Assembly (NCBI GenBank): GCA_947169385.1
Contig: CAMVPR010000011.1
Location: forward strand, 1,534-65,533
Length of the DNA stretch: 64,000 nt
Source: an uncultured Lachnospiraceae bacterium
GTDB taxonomy: Bacteria > Bacillota > Clostridia > Lachnospirales > Lachnospiraceae
Reading direction: 5' to 3'
Shown: positions 41,765 through 51,325 of the stretch, piece after piece
Layout: the number at the start of each line of letters is the position of its first letter
Position numbering within the stretch: the first letter of the stretch is position 1
Notes under the pieces: model-generated
Seen by the model: the letters and a program-made list of their open reading frames with translations, nothing else
What the model was told of the DNA's origin: nothing
Databases searched by the model: none
Program-made: the position numbers and the translations under genes

Positions 41765-41874
41765 TAAGTTAGGATAGTAGCGTTAATTAGTAGAAGTGGA
41801 TTTTCTGCTCGCTACACACTTAGATTATTTAGTTTAAGTGCGGACCTAATCATCCAAGGAAGGAGGAGATTGCT

Positions 41875-43158
41875 ATGGCACTGGATCTTAACCCGGTTTA
41901 TAACTATTATAGTTCGACCATTTATCCAACTACATCTCAGTCGAAGTACGACAGCCATAAGACCAGCGATCTTAAGAAGGTCTATAACAACATGGTCAAG
42001 AATAATACCAAGTCTCCTCTGTTCAAGGTGAAGGTGAGCGAGAAGATGCAGGATTATGCTATCGGTCTTAAGAGCGCAGCAGTAGGTCTTAGGAATTACT
42101 CTGAGCTTTTGTCAGACAAGGAAGAGGACGCATTCTCTAAGCTTATGGCAACAAGTGAAGATCCGAGCGTGATCACGGGAAGTATTATTACGACAGACTA
42201 TGGTTCACTTCCTCAGTCACTTGATATTGATGTAGATCAACTTGCAACTACCCAGATTAACACAGGATATAACGTTTCCAGCAACGATTTAGATATTGAG
42301 CCAGGTGCTTATTCATTTAACATTAAGACTGACGGCCGTAGCTATGGTTTCAATCTTAAGGTTAGAGATGATGACACCAACTTGGCTGTAGAGCAGAGAC
42401 TGTCTGATTTTATCAATCAGTCCAATGTCGGAATTGAGTCGAGAGTTGAGGCAGGCGGTGGTATGTCCAGACTTGTGCTTGAGTCCGAAGACACAGGTAA
42501 GGATGACACTGTAGAGGGCAGACTGTTCTCTATCACAGATGGTTTTGGCAAGAGTACGGGACTTGTTGAGACTTACGGCCTTGACAATGTTACACAGTAT
42601 CCGGACAATGCCATTCTTTCAATCAATGGCAATCTTACAGAGTCAAGTTCTAACGATATTACAGTTAACCGCATGATTGAGCTTGAGCTTAATTCAATCA
42701 GCAACGGTCCGGTTACTATGGCATTTGTGCCAGACACCGACGATATAGTTGACAAGCTTAAATCATTTGCAGATTCGTACAACAAGGTTATCGATATTGC
42801 CAATGATAACGCAGATACCGAGCGCGGTGCCAAGAAACTTCTTCATGAGGTTCAAGGAATCGCCAACAGACATCAGTCCGCACTGGAGGCGGTGGGACTG
42901 GGCGTTGACGAGAGCGGTCATATGGTGCCTGATGATGCACTTCTTTCTCAGAGCGTTTCTAACGGTAGTGCGACCGAACTCTTTAGTGACATTTCCGGAT
43001 TCAAGGAGGATATTATCGGCAAGACAGACGATATAAGCCTTGATCCTATGAGCTATGTTGATAAGACTGTTATTACATACCCTAATCCGGCTAGGACCTT
43101 CAACAATCCTTATATGCCATCTATGTACAGCGGTATGTTATACAATTACTACGTATAA
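41875..43158 (+). CDS. FliD (flagellar cap)-like protein, outside any flagellar cluster
   Basis: DQLATTQIN, SRLVLESEDTG, NAILSING and FADSYNKVI resemble FliD segments. Confidence 0.6.
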   Translation: MALDLNPVYNYYSSTIYPTTSQSKYDSHKTSDLKKVYNNMVKNNTKSPLFKVKVSEKMQDYAIGLKSAAVGLRNYSELLSDKEEDAFSKLMATSEDPSVITGSIITTDYGSLPQSLDIDVDQLATTQINTGYNVSSNDLDIEPGAYSFNIKTDGRSYGFNLKVRDDDTNLAVEQRLSDFINQSNVGIESRVEAGGGMSRLVLESEDTGKDDTVEGRLFSITDGFGKSTGLVETYGLDNVTQYPDNAILSINGNLTESSSNDITVNRMIELELNSISNGPVTMAFVPDTDDIVDKLKSFADSYNKVIDIANDNADTERGAKKLLHEVQGIANRHQSALEAVGLGVDESGHMVPDDALLSQSVSNGSATELFSDISGFKEDIIGKTDDISLDPMSYVDKTVITYPNPARTFNNPYMPSMYSGMLYNYYV

Positions 43159-43169
43159 AGAGGTTATGA

Positions 43170-44675
43170 GTGGCCATGAATATTACAGAAGAACTTACTA
43201 TGCCTCTTAAGGAAGTTAATTATCTGAATGTTGATAATACTAAGAGATATCGTCCTATACTTAGATTCTTTTATATTAATCATGAGCAGATGAAATATTG
43301 GTTAAATGCAGAGGATGTTTATGAAGCTATTAGTAAACATCCTTTTTTTGGTGATTACACAATGGACCAATGTTTGTCTGATCTTAGTGCCCTGGTTAAC
43401 TGGGGGAATCTTTCTACAATTCAAGACACAAGAAATATCTCCACAATAGAAGAATTCAAGAACCGTAAGTTTAGATATCAGATGACAGAACGTGCGATAG
43501 CTGTCGAGAGAATGGTTATCCATTTAGAGAAACTTAACGTTGAAACTGCAAGTTTAGAGCCTAATCTAATCGAGCGTATCAAACGCTATCTCGTTGACAT
43601 TTGCATAATTAAAGATAAAAATGAAGATGAGATTTATGCTTGGTGGAGAGATCTTAATCACGATTTTCTTAGACTTAATCAGAACTATCAAGACTATATG
43701 CTTATGCTCAATTCTGCCAGAGCGGACGAGCTTATGAAGGCCAAGGAGTTCTTGGTTTATAAGGACAATCTGGTTGGGTATTTAAGAGATTTTATCGTAG
43801 TTTTACAGAAGAACATTTCACCTATCGAACAGAAGTTGAAAGCAGTGTCAGAGGAGGATGTTAACCATATTATCGAGATTGTTACCAAGCACGAGTTCGA
43901 CATTCCTAAGCTAAATGATAATGAGGTTGACATTGACATTTTAAGAGATGCTAACAGCAGTAGATTTTATAACATCTATACATGGTTTGTTTCTAAGAAT
44001 GGCAATGAGGTGGAGATTAACAGAGTTCTTGATGCAACTAATGATGTTATCAGGCGCATTACGAGGTACGCCAACAGAATCAGCGAGAATATCAATATCA
44101 GTACCAACAGAAGAAAGGAATACAGGCACATTGCGGATTTGTTTATGCAGTGTGAGGATATAAAAGACGCGCATATACTATCGGCTTACGTATTTGGAAT
44201 TAAGGAGAGCATGCACCTTAAAGGAAGAATGCTTAGAGAGTCTGACAGCATTAATCAGAGTGTGTACGATGAGCAACCTTACTATGTAGAGTTAGAGCCT
44301 CGTATTCGTACATATAAGTCCAAGGCACACAGGAATAAGATAACAGACAGAAGTAAAGAGAAGGAAGAGATCAGGCGTAAGAGTTTAGAGCGCATAAAGA
44401 TTGAGCGCCAAATGATAGACAAGTATATTAACAATGACAAGGTGGAATTAGCGAAGCTTGCGGCAGCTTATACACTTGAACCGAATGTAAGAGATATCAT
44501 TTTAAAATGGATATCTAAGGCATTAGAGAGAAGCAATAAAAGCGCTGTTACCGAGGACGGAATGATGTACCATCTTGAACTGGTTGACGGCGAGAGATGC
44601 ATGTTAAAGTCGACGGACGGTGTACTTGATATGCCTGCCTATACGATTGTATTTGACAGGGAGGTGGTATCGTGA
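43170..44675 (+). CDS. jetA: Wadjet type II JetA (TIGR02677/DUF2397-like)
   Basis: N-terminus YLNVDNTKRYRPILRFFY..L.ALVNWGNL, 501 aa, first of three coupled genes. Confidence 0.8.
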   Translation: MAMNITEELTMPLKEVNYLNVDNTKRYRPILRFFYINHEQMKYWLNAEDVYEAISKHPFFGDYTMDQCLSDLSALVNWGNLSTIQDTRNISTIEEFKNRKFRYQMTERAIAVERMVIHLEKLNVETASLEPNLIERIKRYLVDICIIKDKNEDEIYAWWRDLNHDFLRLNQNYQDYMLMLNSARADELMKAKEFLVYKDNLVGYLRDFIVVLQKNISPIEQKLKAVSEEDVNHIIEIVTKHEFDIPKLNDNEVDIDILRDANSSRFYNIYTWFVSKNGNEVEINRVLDATNDVIRRITRYANRISENINISTNRRKEYRHIADLFMQCEDIKDAHILSAYVFGIKESMHLKGRMLRESDSINQSVYDEQPYYVELEPRIRTYKSKAHRNKITDRSKEKEEIRRKSLERIKIERQMIDKYINNDKVELAKLAAAYTLEPNVRDIILKWISKALERSNKSAVTEDGMMYHLELVDGERCMLKSTDGVLDMPAYTIVFDREVVS

Positions 44676-45790
44676 ATGCGTTAGAGATATTACTTTCCAA
44701 GAGAATGATAGTAAAGGACCTTGACAAGGAGACATACTACAAGGTTCGTGACGAGGTCGGCAAGTACAAGGAATTTATAACCGAGAAATTAGGATATCAA
44801 TTAACTGTCAATCAGAGTCTTGTAAAGCTTGATAAGATTCCTGCGAAGGCGGAGAGCTTCATGGGAATTAAGGAGTTTACTGAGGTTAGCGATTACATTT
44901 TCTTCTGCTTTATATTGATGTTTTTAGAGAATATGGAGAAGGAGGACAGGTTCGTTCTATCGGGACTTATTGAATTTATCCAGACGGAATGGGGGAGCGA
45001 GGCGGTTGACTGGACTGTTTATAAGACCAGAAGAAGTCTCGTTAGAGCCCTAAAGTACGCGGTTTATGAGAACCTTATTATCATAAGAGACGGAGATGAG
45101 GACAGCTTTACATGGAGCCAGGATTCCGATGTTTTGTATGTTAATACAGGGCTTTCGAGATATTTTATGAGGAATTTTAGCACGGATGTCTTAAGGTGTA
45201 AGGATGTTGATGACATCGTAAAAAGCGAATGGATTGATGTTGACGAGAACCGAGGTGCATTTAGAAGACACAGGATATATAGACAGCTCATTATGTCGAT
45301 GGGAATGTATAGAGACGACGATAATGATGATGATTTCCTTTATGTCAGAAACTACAGGAATCTTATTAGAAAAGATATCGAGGATGCCGGCATTGACGGA
45401 GATTTGCAGGTTTACAAGAACAGCGTGTATCTCGTGCTTGATGAGGCATCTGAGCTAGGAAGATCATTTCCCGAGAACAACGCAATGAGCGACATAGTCC
45501 TTCTCTTTGCAAATGATATAAGAGAGGTCTTGATTATGGACAAGCTAAAGGTTGATATCAACGAAAATGTCATAATGAGTCAGGACGAGCTTAGCATCAT
45601 CTTAATCAATCTTAAGAAGAAATATGACAAAGGTTTCCCTAAGAAGTATAGGGAGATTGGATTTAGCGATTTTATCGATGAGGTTAAGGAGTACATGATT
45701 TATCATGGAATTATCGAGGAGACAGGCGGAGTGATATGCGTTAGACCTGTTCTTGGTAAGATAGCCGGAGGGTACCCTAAGGATTTTTAG
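44672..45790 (+). CDS. jetB: Wadjet type II JetB (TIGR02678/DUF2398-like)
   Basis: 372 aa, overlaps the jetA stop (GTGA), RRSLVRALK motif, position between the JetA-like and SMC-like genes. Confidence 0.78.
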   Translation: MNALEILLSKRMIVKDLDKETYYKVRDEVGKYKEFITEKLGYQLTVNQSLVKLDKIPAKAESFMGIKEFTEVSDYIFFCFILMFLENMEKEDRFVLSGLIEFIQTEWGSEAVDWTVYKTRRSLVRALKYAVYENLIIIRDGDEDSFTWSQDSDVLYVNTGLSRYFMRNFSTDVLRCKDVDDIVKSEWIDVDENRGAFRRHRIYRQLIMSMGMYRDDDNDDDFLYVRNYRNLIRKDIEDAGIDGDLQVYKNSVYLVLDEASELGRSFPENNAMSDIVLLFANDIREVLIMDKLKVDINENVIMSQDELSIILINLKKKYDKGFPKKYREIGFSDFIDEVKEYMIYHGIIEETGGVICVRPVLGKIAGGYPKDF

Positions 45791-45805
45791 GTTAGGAGGA
45801 TTAAC

Positions 45806-48800
45806 GTGGATAACAGATGGATTCCGAGTAAGATCGGACTTTTGGATTTCTGGTATTACGATAGTCAGGAATATAGTTTTGACAACGGAAGAATGATGCT
45901 TAGAGGCTCTAACGGTTCGGGTAAATCTGTAACCATGCAGAGTTTTATTCCGCTTATATTTGACGGAGACATAAGACCTGAGAGGATTGATCCGTTTGGT
46001 TCTAAATCAAGAAGGATGGATAATTATCTTCTTGAGGAGGGCGATGATTTAGAAGAGCGAACCGGCTATCTATATATGGAGTTTAAGAGGAGATCTCTTG
46101 ATCAATACTTAACTATTGGAATCGGTTTAAGAGCGAGAAAGAACAAGAAATTAGAGCGATGGTATTTTGCCATAACTGACGGAAGAAGAGTTGGCGTTGA
46201 CTTTAATCTTTATAAGAACGTCAACAATAAATTGGCGCTTTCTAAGATAGAACTAAGGAATCGTATAGGCAGCGGTGGAAGATTCGTTGAGACTCAATCG
46301 GAGTATCTGCATATTGTCAATGAGTTGCTGTTTGGCTACGATACCGATGAGGAATATAAGGAGATGCTTAATCTTCTTATACAGGTTCGTGCGCCCAAAT
46401 TGTCTAAGGATTTCAAGCCTAGCATAATCAATGATATTCTTGGCAAATCCTTAAAGACCTTGAGCGAGGATGATCTTCGTCCTATTGCGGAAGCTATCGA
46501 GAATATGGACAAGATTAAGGACAATATCGACGAGCTAAAGAACAGCCTAAAGGCGGCTAAAGATATCAAGAAAGTCTATGACGATTACAACAAGAAGATG
46601 TTGTATGACAAGGCAAATGCATTTATTAAGGTGTCAGATGAACATAAGCTCAAGCTTTCTGAACTTGAAGAAGCTAACAAAGACATGGCTTTAAAAAACG
46701 CCGACATAGACATTCATACCAGGAGGAAGGAAGAACTCGATAAGGAGGCGGAGTCTCTTAATTATGAGCTTGATACGCTTAGCAATAATGATGCGACATT
46801 TTTAAAGAATGAGGAGACGAGAATCACTGACGCCATTAAGGACAATGATGATAATCTCAATCGCAAAAGCAAGCAGATTGACGATAAGAATGAATATAGA
46901 CGTGACAAGGAGCGTAGCCTTCAAGCTAAGGAGTCGGAGGTAGAGAACCTTAAAGACACGATAGACGCATATATTGCTGATTTGAGTGAAGCCCTTTTAG
47001 GTGCTCACTTTGTCGACGGAGAGTATGTCTTGGGGCTGTTAACCAAGGACGCTTTGTCTTCATTTGACTATGAGGCACATGAATATGAGATTGAGGAATT
47101 CATAAAGAAATTAGACGAACTTGCGGATTGTATCAAGGAATCCGACAAGGCTAAAGAGGAATATAATCTTGAACTCTCACTTTACGATAAAGGCAAGGCG
47201 AAGCTTGATGAGGCGTATAAGGCGTACAATCAGTCGGTTGATGATGTGGCGTCTTTAAAGGGAGATTATATCGAGAATATGTATATTTACAGGGATAAGC
47301 TTAAGCACATAACCTTAAATGACGAGGCTATGAAGGAGATGGCGGTTCTTGTGGAGGAGTATTCTTACGGGGATGATTTCTCTAGTGTTAAGGCTTATGT
47401 CAATAGAGCCAAGGATGCAGAAGTTTCAAGGCTTACCTTGGAGAGGAGAAAGCACGAGAGAGAACTTGAAGATGTATTGATAGATTTAGATAAGGTGTCT
47501 TCAAAGATAAAAGAGGTTAAGGAGGAGAAGGATGTTGCTCCTTTTATAAGTGAGGAGAGTATCGCTAACAGAAAGCTCTTAGACGAGATGGGAATAGCCT
47601 ACACGCCTTTATATAAGGCTATTGATTTTGAAAATGAGTTGGATGACGATAAGCGAAATCGCTTAGAAGCTGCGCTTAACAATATGGGTATTCTTAACGC
47701 GCTCTTGGTTAATATGAGCGATAGGGACAGGGTGCTTAGCATTAAAGGGAACGTTTCAGATAAGTATATATTTAATGACGCGAAGCTTGCAACTAAGAGT
47801 CTTATTGATGTTATGAAGGCTGATGGCGGCAACGACGATATACTCTTGCTACAACAGATTGCCAGCGTGCTTAACTCCATCGGATACAACGACGATGATA
47901 AGGAGAGCGCGATAAGAATTGACAGCGACGGAAGATACAGAATCGGAATTGTCGAGGGTAATGTGTCCGAGAATTATCAGGCTTCATTTATCGGAAGCAG
48001 TGCTAGGAAGCGCTTTAGACAGCAGAGACTTGCTGAACTTACTGAGGAAGAAACAGAATTAGATAATCATCGAATGTTGATTGAGAGGATTATCAAAGAG
48101 GTTGATGATCAGATTGCAAATGCAGAAACTGAGGCAGACAGTTACATAAGTGAGGAAGCGCTAAGAGAGGCTATAAGGCTTTCATACACCAAAGAGCATG
48201 AATACGAGCTTATAAAGATTGAACTCGATCATAAGAAGGAAGCCTTAGATAAAGCTGCAACAAGGCTTGACGAGTACAACAACAAGTCAAAAAGGCTTTC
48301 CGATAAGTATGAGCTTCCGCATAATTATGATGAGATTATAAGCATTGTTGACAGGATTAAAGAATACAAGAGATTAATCAGTAAGGTCAACAGTTCTGTC
48401 AGCATTTACAAAGATAAGCTTGTCATGATAGAGGGGATAAAGGACGAGATTGCAAGGATTGATGTGGATCTTGATGATATGTTTGAAGAGAAGCGAGCAC
48501 TTAAGAACAGTGCAATGAGTTTATCTTCGGAGCTTACTAAGATTCAGGAGAGACTAAAGCTTGCTGATGCTCTAAGTGTTCTTAGCAGATATGAAGAAGT
48601 CAGAAGAAGACTTAAGGAGATTCCTAAAGAGACTGAAGAAGAGATTAATTACATATCAAGGTTCTTGAATGAAGTCGAGCAGGATATAGTAAGAATTGAA
48701 GAATTGACTCCTGAGATAGAACTTCTTGACAGAAAGCTAACTGTCCTAGAGGAGATATTTATGCTTGAATATAGGCTTAATCTCGTTCAAGACGAAAGGC

Positions 48801-49903
48801 TTGTTAGGGTAGTTTCTCCGCTTGAGATTGCATCATGTGTTAAGTCTTCATTTGCAAATGATATAGCTAGACTTAAGAAATCTGACTTGAGTGACAAGCT
48901 TCAGCAGGTGTACTATCAGAATGCACCTGCGCTTGTTAAGTATCAGGTTTCGTTAAGCAGGTTGTTTGAGGACGTTTTAAATAGCTTGGATGGAGCGGAT
49001 TCATTTGATACGGATGATGTTATTCTTACAAGGATAGATATTAAAACCAAGTATAATGGTGTTGATATAGGATTTATGGAGCTTCTTAAGTATCTTGAGG
49101 ATGATTATGAGAGCCTTAATAAGATACTTGGTGAGGAAGACAGAAGGTTGTTTGAGGACATTCTGTCAGATACCATAAGCAGGAAGATCAGAGATAAGAT
49201 AAAGGACAGCAAGACTTGGGTTAAGCAGATGAACTCTCTTATGGAGTCGATGGATACTTCAAGCGGATTGAAACTCAGTCTTCGCTGGGTTCCGAAGAAG
49301 TCTGATGCCGAGGATCAGCTTGATACCAAGGAATTGGTGGATATCTTGCAGGTGGATCCGGAGCTTATGAGACAGGAGGATATGGACAGATTAACCGGGC
49401 ACTTTAGGTCTAGGATATATGAGGCCAGAAGGATGGGCGAGGAGCTAAACAACACCGAGTCCTTCTATAAGCTTATGAGAGATACTTTAGATTACAGGCA
49501 GTGGTATGAGTTTAGGTTATACTATAGCAAGACCGGGGAGAAGAAGAGAGAGCTTACCAACCACATCTTCTTCGCTTTTAGTGGCGGTGAGAAGGCGATG
49601 AGTATGTACGTTCCGCTTTTCTCTGCAGTTAAGGCTAAGTACATGGGTGCTAAGGAAGATGCACCTCTGGTTATTGCGCTCGATGAAGCATTTGCGGGAG
49701 TTGACGACAACAACATCAAGGATATGTTCAGACTTGTAATTAAGCTTGATTTCAGCTTTATTATGAACTCTCAATATCTTTGGGGAGATTACGAGACGGT
49801 ACCTAGTCTTGCGATTTATCAGTTGTTGAGACCGGAGAATGCTAAGTGCGTCGGAGTCATTTCATATACATGGAACGGGCATGTTAAGAGGATGATTACT
49901 TGA
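45806..49903 (+). CDS. jetC: Wadjet type II JetC SMC-like ATPase (TIGR02680-like)
   Basis: Walker A GSNGSGKS, long coiled coil, signature FSGGEK and Walker B/D-loop LDEAFAGVD; 1365 aa. Confidence 0.85.
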   Translation: MDNRWIPSKIGLLDFWYYDSQEYSFDNGRMMLRGSNGSGKSVTMQSFIPLIFDGDIRPERIDPFGSKSRRMDNYLLEEGDDLEERTGYLYMEFKRRSLDQYLTIGIGLRARKNKKLERWYFAITDGRRVGVDFNLYKNVNNKLALSKIELRNRIGSGGRFVETQSEYLHIVNELLFGYDTDEEYKEMLNLLIQVRAPKLSKDFKPSIINDILGKSLKTLSEDDLRPIAEAIENMDKIKDNIDELKNSLKAAKDIKKVYDDYNKKMLYDKANAFIKVSDEHKLKLSELEEANKDMALKNADIDIHTRRKEELDKEAESLNYELDTLSNNDATFLKNEETRITDAIKDNDDNLNRKSKQIDDKNEYRRDKERSLQAKESEVENLKDTIDAYIADLSEALLGAHFVDGEYVLGLLTKDALSSFDYEAHEYEIEEFIKKLDELADCIKESDKAKEEYNLELSLYDKGKAKLDEAYKAYNQSVDDVASLKGDYIENMYIYRDKLKHITLNDEAMKEMAVLVEEYSYGDDFSSVKAYVNRAKDAEVSRLTLERRKHERELEDVLIDLDKVSSKIKEVKEEKDVAPFISEESIANRKLLDEMGIAYTPLYKAIDFENELDDDKRNRLEAALNNMGILNALLVNMSDRDRVLSIKGNVSDKYIFNDAKLATKSLIDVMKADGGNDDILLLQQIASVLNSIGYNDDDKESAIRIDSDGRYRIGIVEGNVSENYQASFIGSSARKRFRQQRLAELTEEETELDNHRMLIERIIKEVDDQIANAETEADSYISEEALREAIRLSYTKEHEYELIKIELDHKKEALDKAATRLDEYNNKSKRLSDKYELPHNYDEIISIVDRIKEYKRLISKVNSSVSIYKDKLVMIEGIKDEIARIDVDLDDMFEEKRALKNSAMSLSSELTKIQERLKLADALSVLSRYEEVRRRLKEIPKETEEEINYISRFLNEVEQDIVRIEELTPEIELLDRKLTVLEEIFMLEYRLNLVQDERLVRVVSPLEIASCVKSSFANDIARLKKSDLSDKLQQVYYQNAPALVKYQVSLSRLFEDVLNSLDGADSFDTDDVILTRIDIKTKYNGVDIGFMELLKYLEDDYESLNKILGEEDRRLFEDILSDTISRKIRDKIKDSKTWVKQMNSLMESMDTSSGLKLSLRWVPKKSDAEDQLDTKELVDILQVDPELMRQEDMDRLTGHFRSRIYEARRMGEELNNTESFYKLMRDTLDYRQWYEFRLYYSKTGEKKRELTNHIFFAFSGGEKAMSMYVPLFSAVKAKYMGAKEDAPLVIALDEAFAGVDDNNIKDMFRLVIKLDFSFIMNSQYLWGDYETVPSLAIYQLLRPENAKCVGVISYTWNGHVKRMIT

Positions 49904-50012
49904 ATATAAAAATACTGGAAATCTTATTTAATATATGTTAAAATAGCCTTACATTTGTTATATTAAAGGGAGTTATACTAATTACAATTAAAGTAATATA
50001 GGAGTGAGTATT

Positions 50013-50414
50013 ATGGCTGACAGGCACGCTAGAGAGAACTATTTAAAGGCGATTTTGGCAATCAAGGACAAGAAGGGATATGTGAGATCCATCGACATTG
50101 CCAATGAATTAGGTGTTTCAAGACCGAGTGTGAGCTATGCTACTAAACAGCTTAGAGAAGACGGATTGATTACGGTCAATGATGACGGAATGATAGCACT
50201 TACGGATGCGGGACTTGATATTGCGGAGGATGTTCAGGAGAAGTACGATACACTTTCTCAGTTCTTTATTAATTTGGGGGTTGATGAGGAGAAGGCGAGA
50301 GAGGATGCTCATAAGATTGAGCATGACATCAGTCAAGAGACATTTTCAGCATTACTGAAATTCGTTACAACCTGCGAGGTTCTTACCAAAGGCAAGGGCA
50401 GATGCAGTAAATAA
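50013..50414 (+). CDS. mntR: DtxR/MntR-family metal-dependent regulator
   Basis: ENYLKAI, VRSIDIANELGVSRPSVS and EDAHKIEHDIS. Confidence 0.88.
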   Translation: MADRHARENYLKAILAIKDKKGYVRSIDIANELGVSRPSVSYATKQLREDGLITVNDDGMIALTDAGLDIAEDVQEKYDTLSQFFINLGVDEEKAREDAHKIEHDISQETFSALLKFVTTCEVLTKGKGRCSK

Positions 50415-50434
50415 CTGTCAGTGTACTGGATAAG

Positions 50435-50456
50435 GCGGGTTTATGCCCGCTTTTTT
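50435..50456 (+). terminator. Terminator after mntR
   Basis: GCGGG-TTTATG-CCCGC followed by TTTTTT. Confidence 0.75.
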
Positions 50457-50471
50457 ATTAAATTTATTAAT

Positions 50472-50505
50472 ACCCCATTTTTTTATGTTCCTCCTTCGTA
50501 TATTT
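50472..50505 (+). promoter_or_regulatory. Candidate SigI-dependent promoter
   Basis: ACCCCA-19 nt-CGTAtattT, resembling the Bacillus SigI pattern ACCCC..N19..CGAA....T. Confidence 0.45.
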
Positions 50506-50566
50506 GAGTATAAGATAATAATTTATTATCTGTATCAATAATTTATTACGTTAGGAGGACAACAAT

Positions 50567-51277
50567 ATGAAGTCAACGTTAATCAAGAGGTTAGGTATTA
50601 CATTGCTTGTAAGTGCAGTGGTATTGACCAATGTAATACCTGCAAGTGCGAAGACATCCGGCAAAAAGGCTGTGAACAAGGCAACAGTCAGTGCCGATGC
50701 CGGGCAAAAAGCTGCTGATAAGACAGCTAAGGCCAAGTCGTCAGATTCTAAGAAGGCCACAAAGTCCAGTGATAAGACCACAAGTAAGGACTCTTCTAAA
50801 GCCCAAAAAGCTAAGAATAAGGTGACGAAGGATACTAAAGCAACAGCATCAAAGGATGCTAAGAAGGCTAAGAGAAAGCCATCTAAGAAGCCGTCTAAAG
50901 CTAAGAAACCATCTAAGAAGACCAAAGCTTCAGCGGATGCTAAGAGAGCTAAGAAGAATGCAGCTTCTAAAGATGCCAAGGAAGCTGTGTCAAAGGACGC
51001 TAAAAAGAATACGGTATCTAAGGATGTAACTAAGAATACAGCATCTAAGGATGCCAAGAAGAAAGCTAAAGCTTCTTCTGATGCTAAAAAAGATGTTGTT
51101 TCAAAGGATGCTAAGAAGCCTTCTAAGAATATTGTATCTAAGGACGCCAAGGCTGCTCTTTCTGCAGACGCTAACAAGAATATCAATCAGGGTAAAGCAA
51201 AAAGCAACGCTGTTATTGACTTTTTTAAGAGTTTATTCAAGAAGCTTTTTGGTGCCGGCATAGTGAATTCCAAATAA
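50567..51277 (+). CDS. Secreted Lys/Ala/Ser-rich low-complexity protein with SKDAKK repeats
   Basis: RBS AGGAGG, signal peptide (…VIPASA), repeated SKDAK(K), and amphipathic C-terminus VIDFFKSLFKKLFG. Confidence 0.75.
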   Translation: MKSTLIKRLGITLLVSAVVLTNVIPASAKTSGKKAVNKATVSADAGQKAADKTAKAKSSDSKKATKSSDKTTSKDSSKAQKAKNKVTKDTKATASKDAKKAKRKPSKKPSKAKKPSKKTKASADAKRAKKNAASKDAKEAVSKDAKKNTVSKDVTKNTASKDAKKKAKASSDAKKDVVSKDAKKPSKNIVSKDAKAALSADANKNINQGKAKSNAVIDFFKSLFKKLFGAGIVNSK

Positions 51278-51325
51278 CCGGAATTTATAACGCCCTGATT
51301 ATGAATATGTGATTGGAGCGTTTTG

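Noticed and set aside
41840-41852. c-di-GMP-I riboswitch (GCGGACCTAA resembles part of the motif)
   Set aside because: The GGCAAA, GNRA and GACGCAAA elements are absent.
49904-50012. Possible jetD remnant
   Set aside because: The segment is 109 nt of AT-rich promoter-like DNA with no ORF or Toprim-like motif.
50551-51186. 211-aa hydrophobic ORF on the minus strand
   Set aside because: It is the antisense shadow of the Lys-rich gene, which has the RBS and signal peptide.
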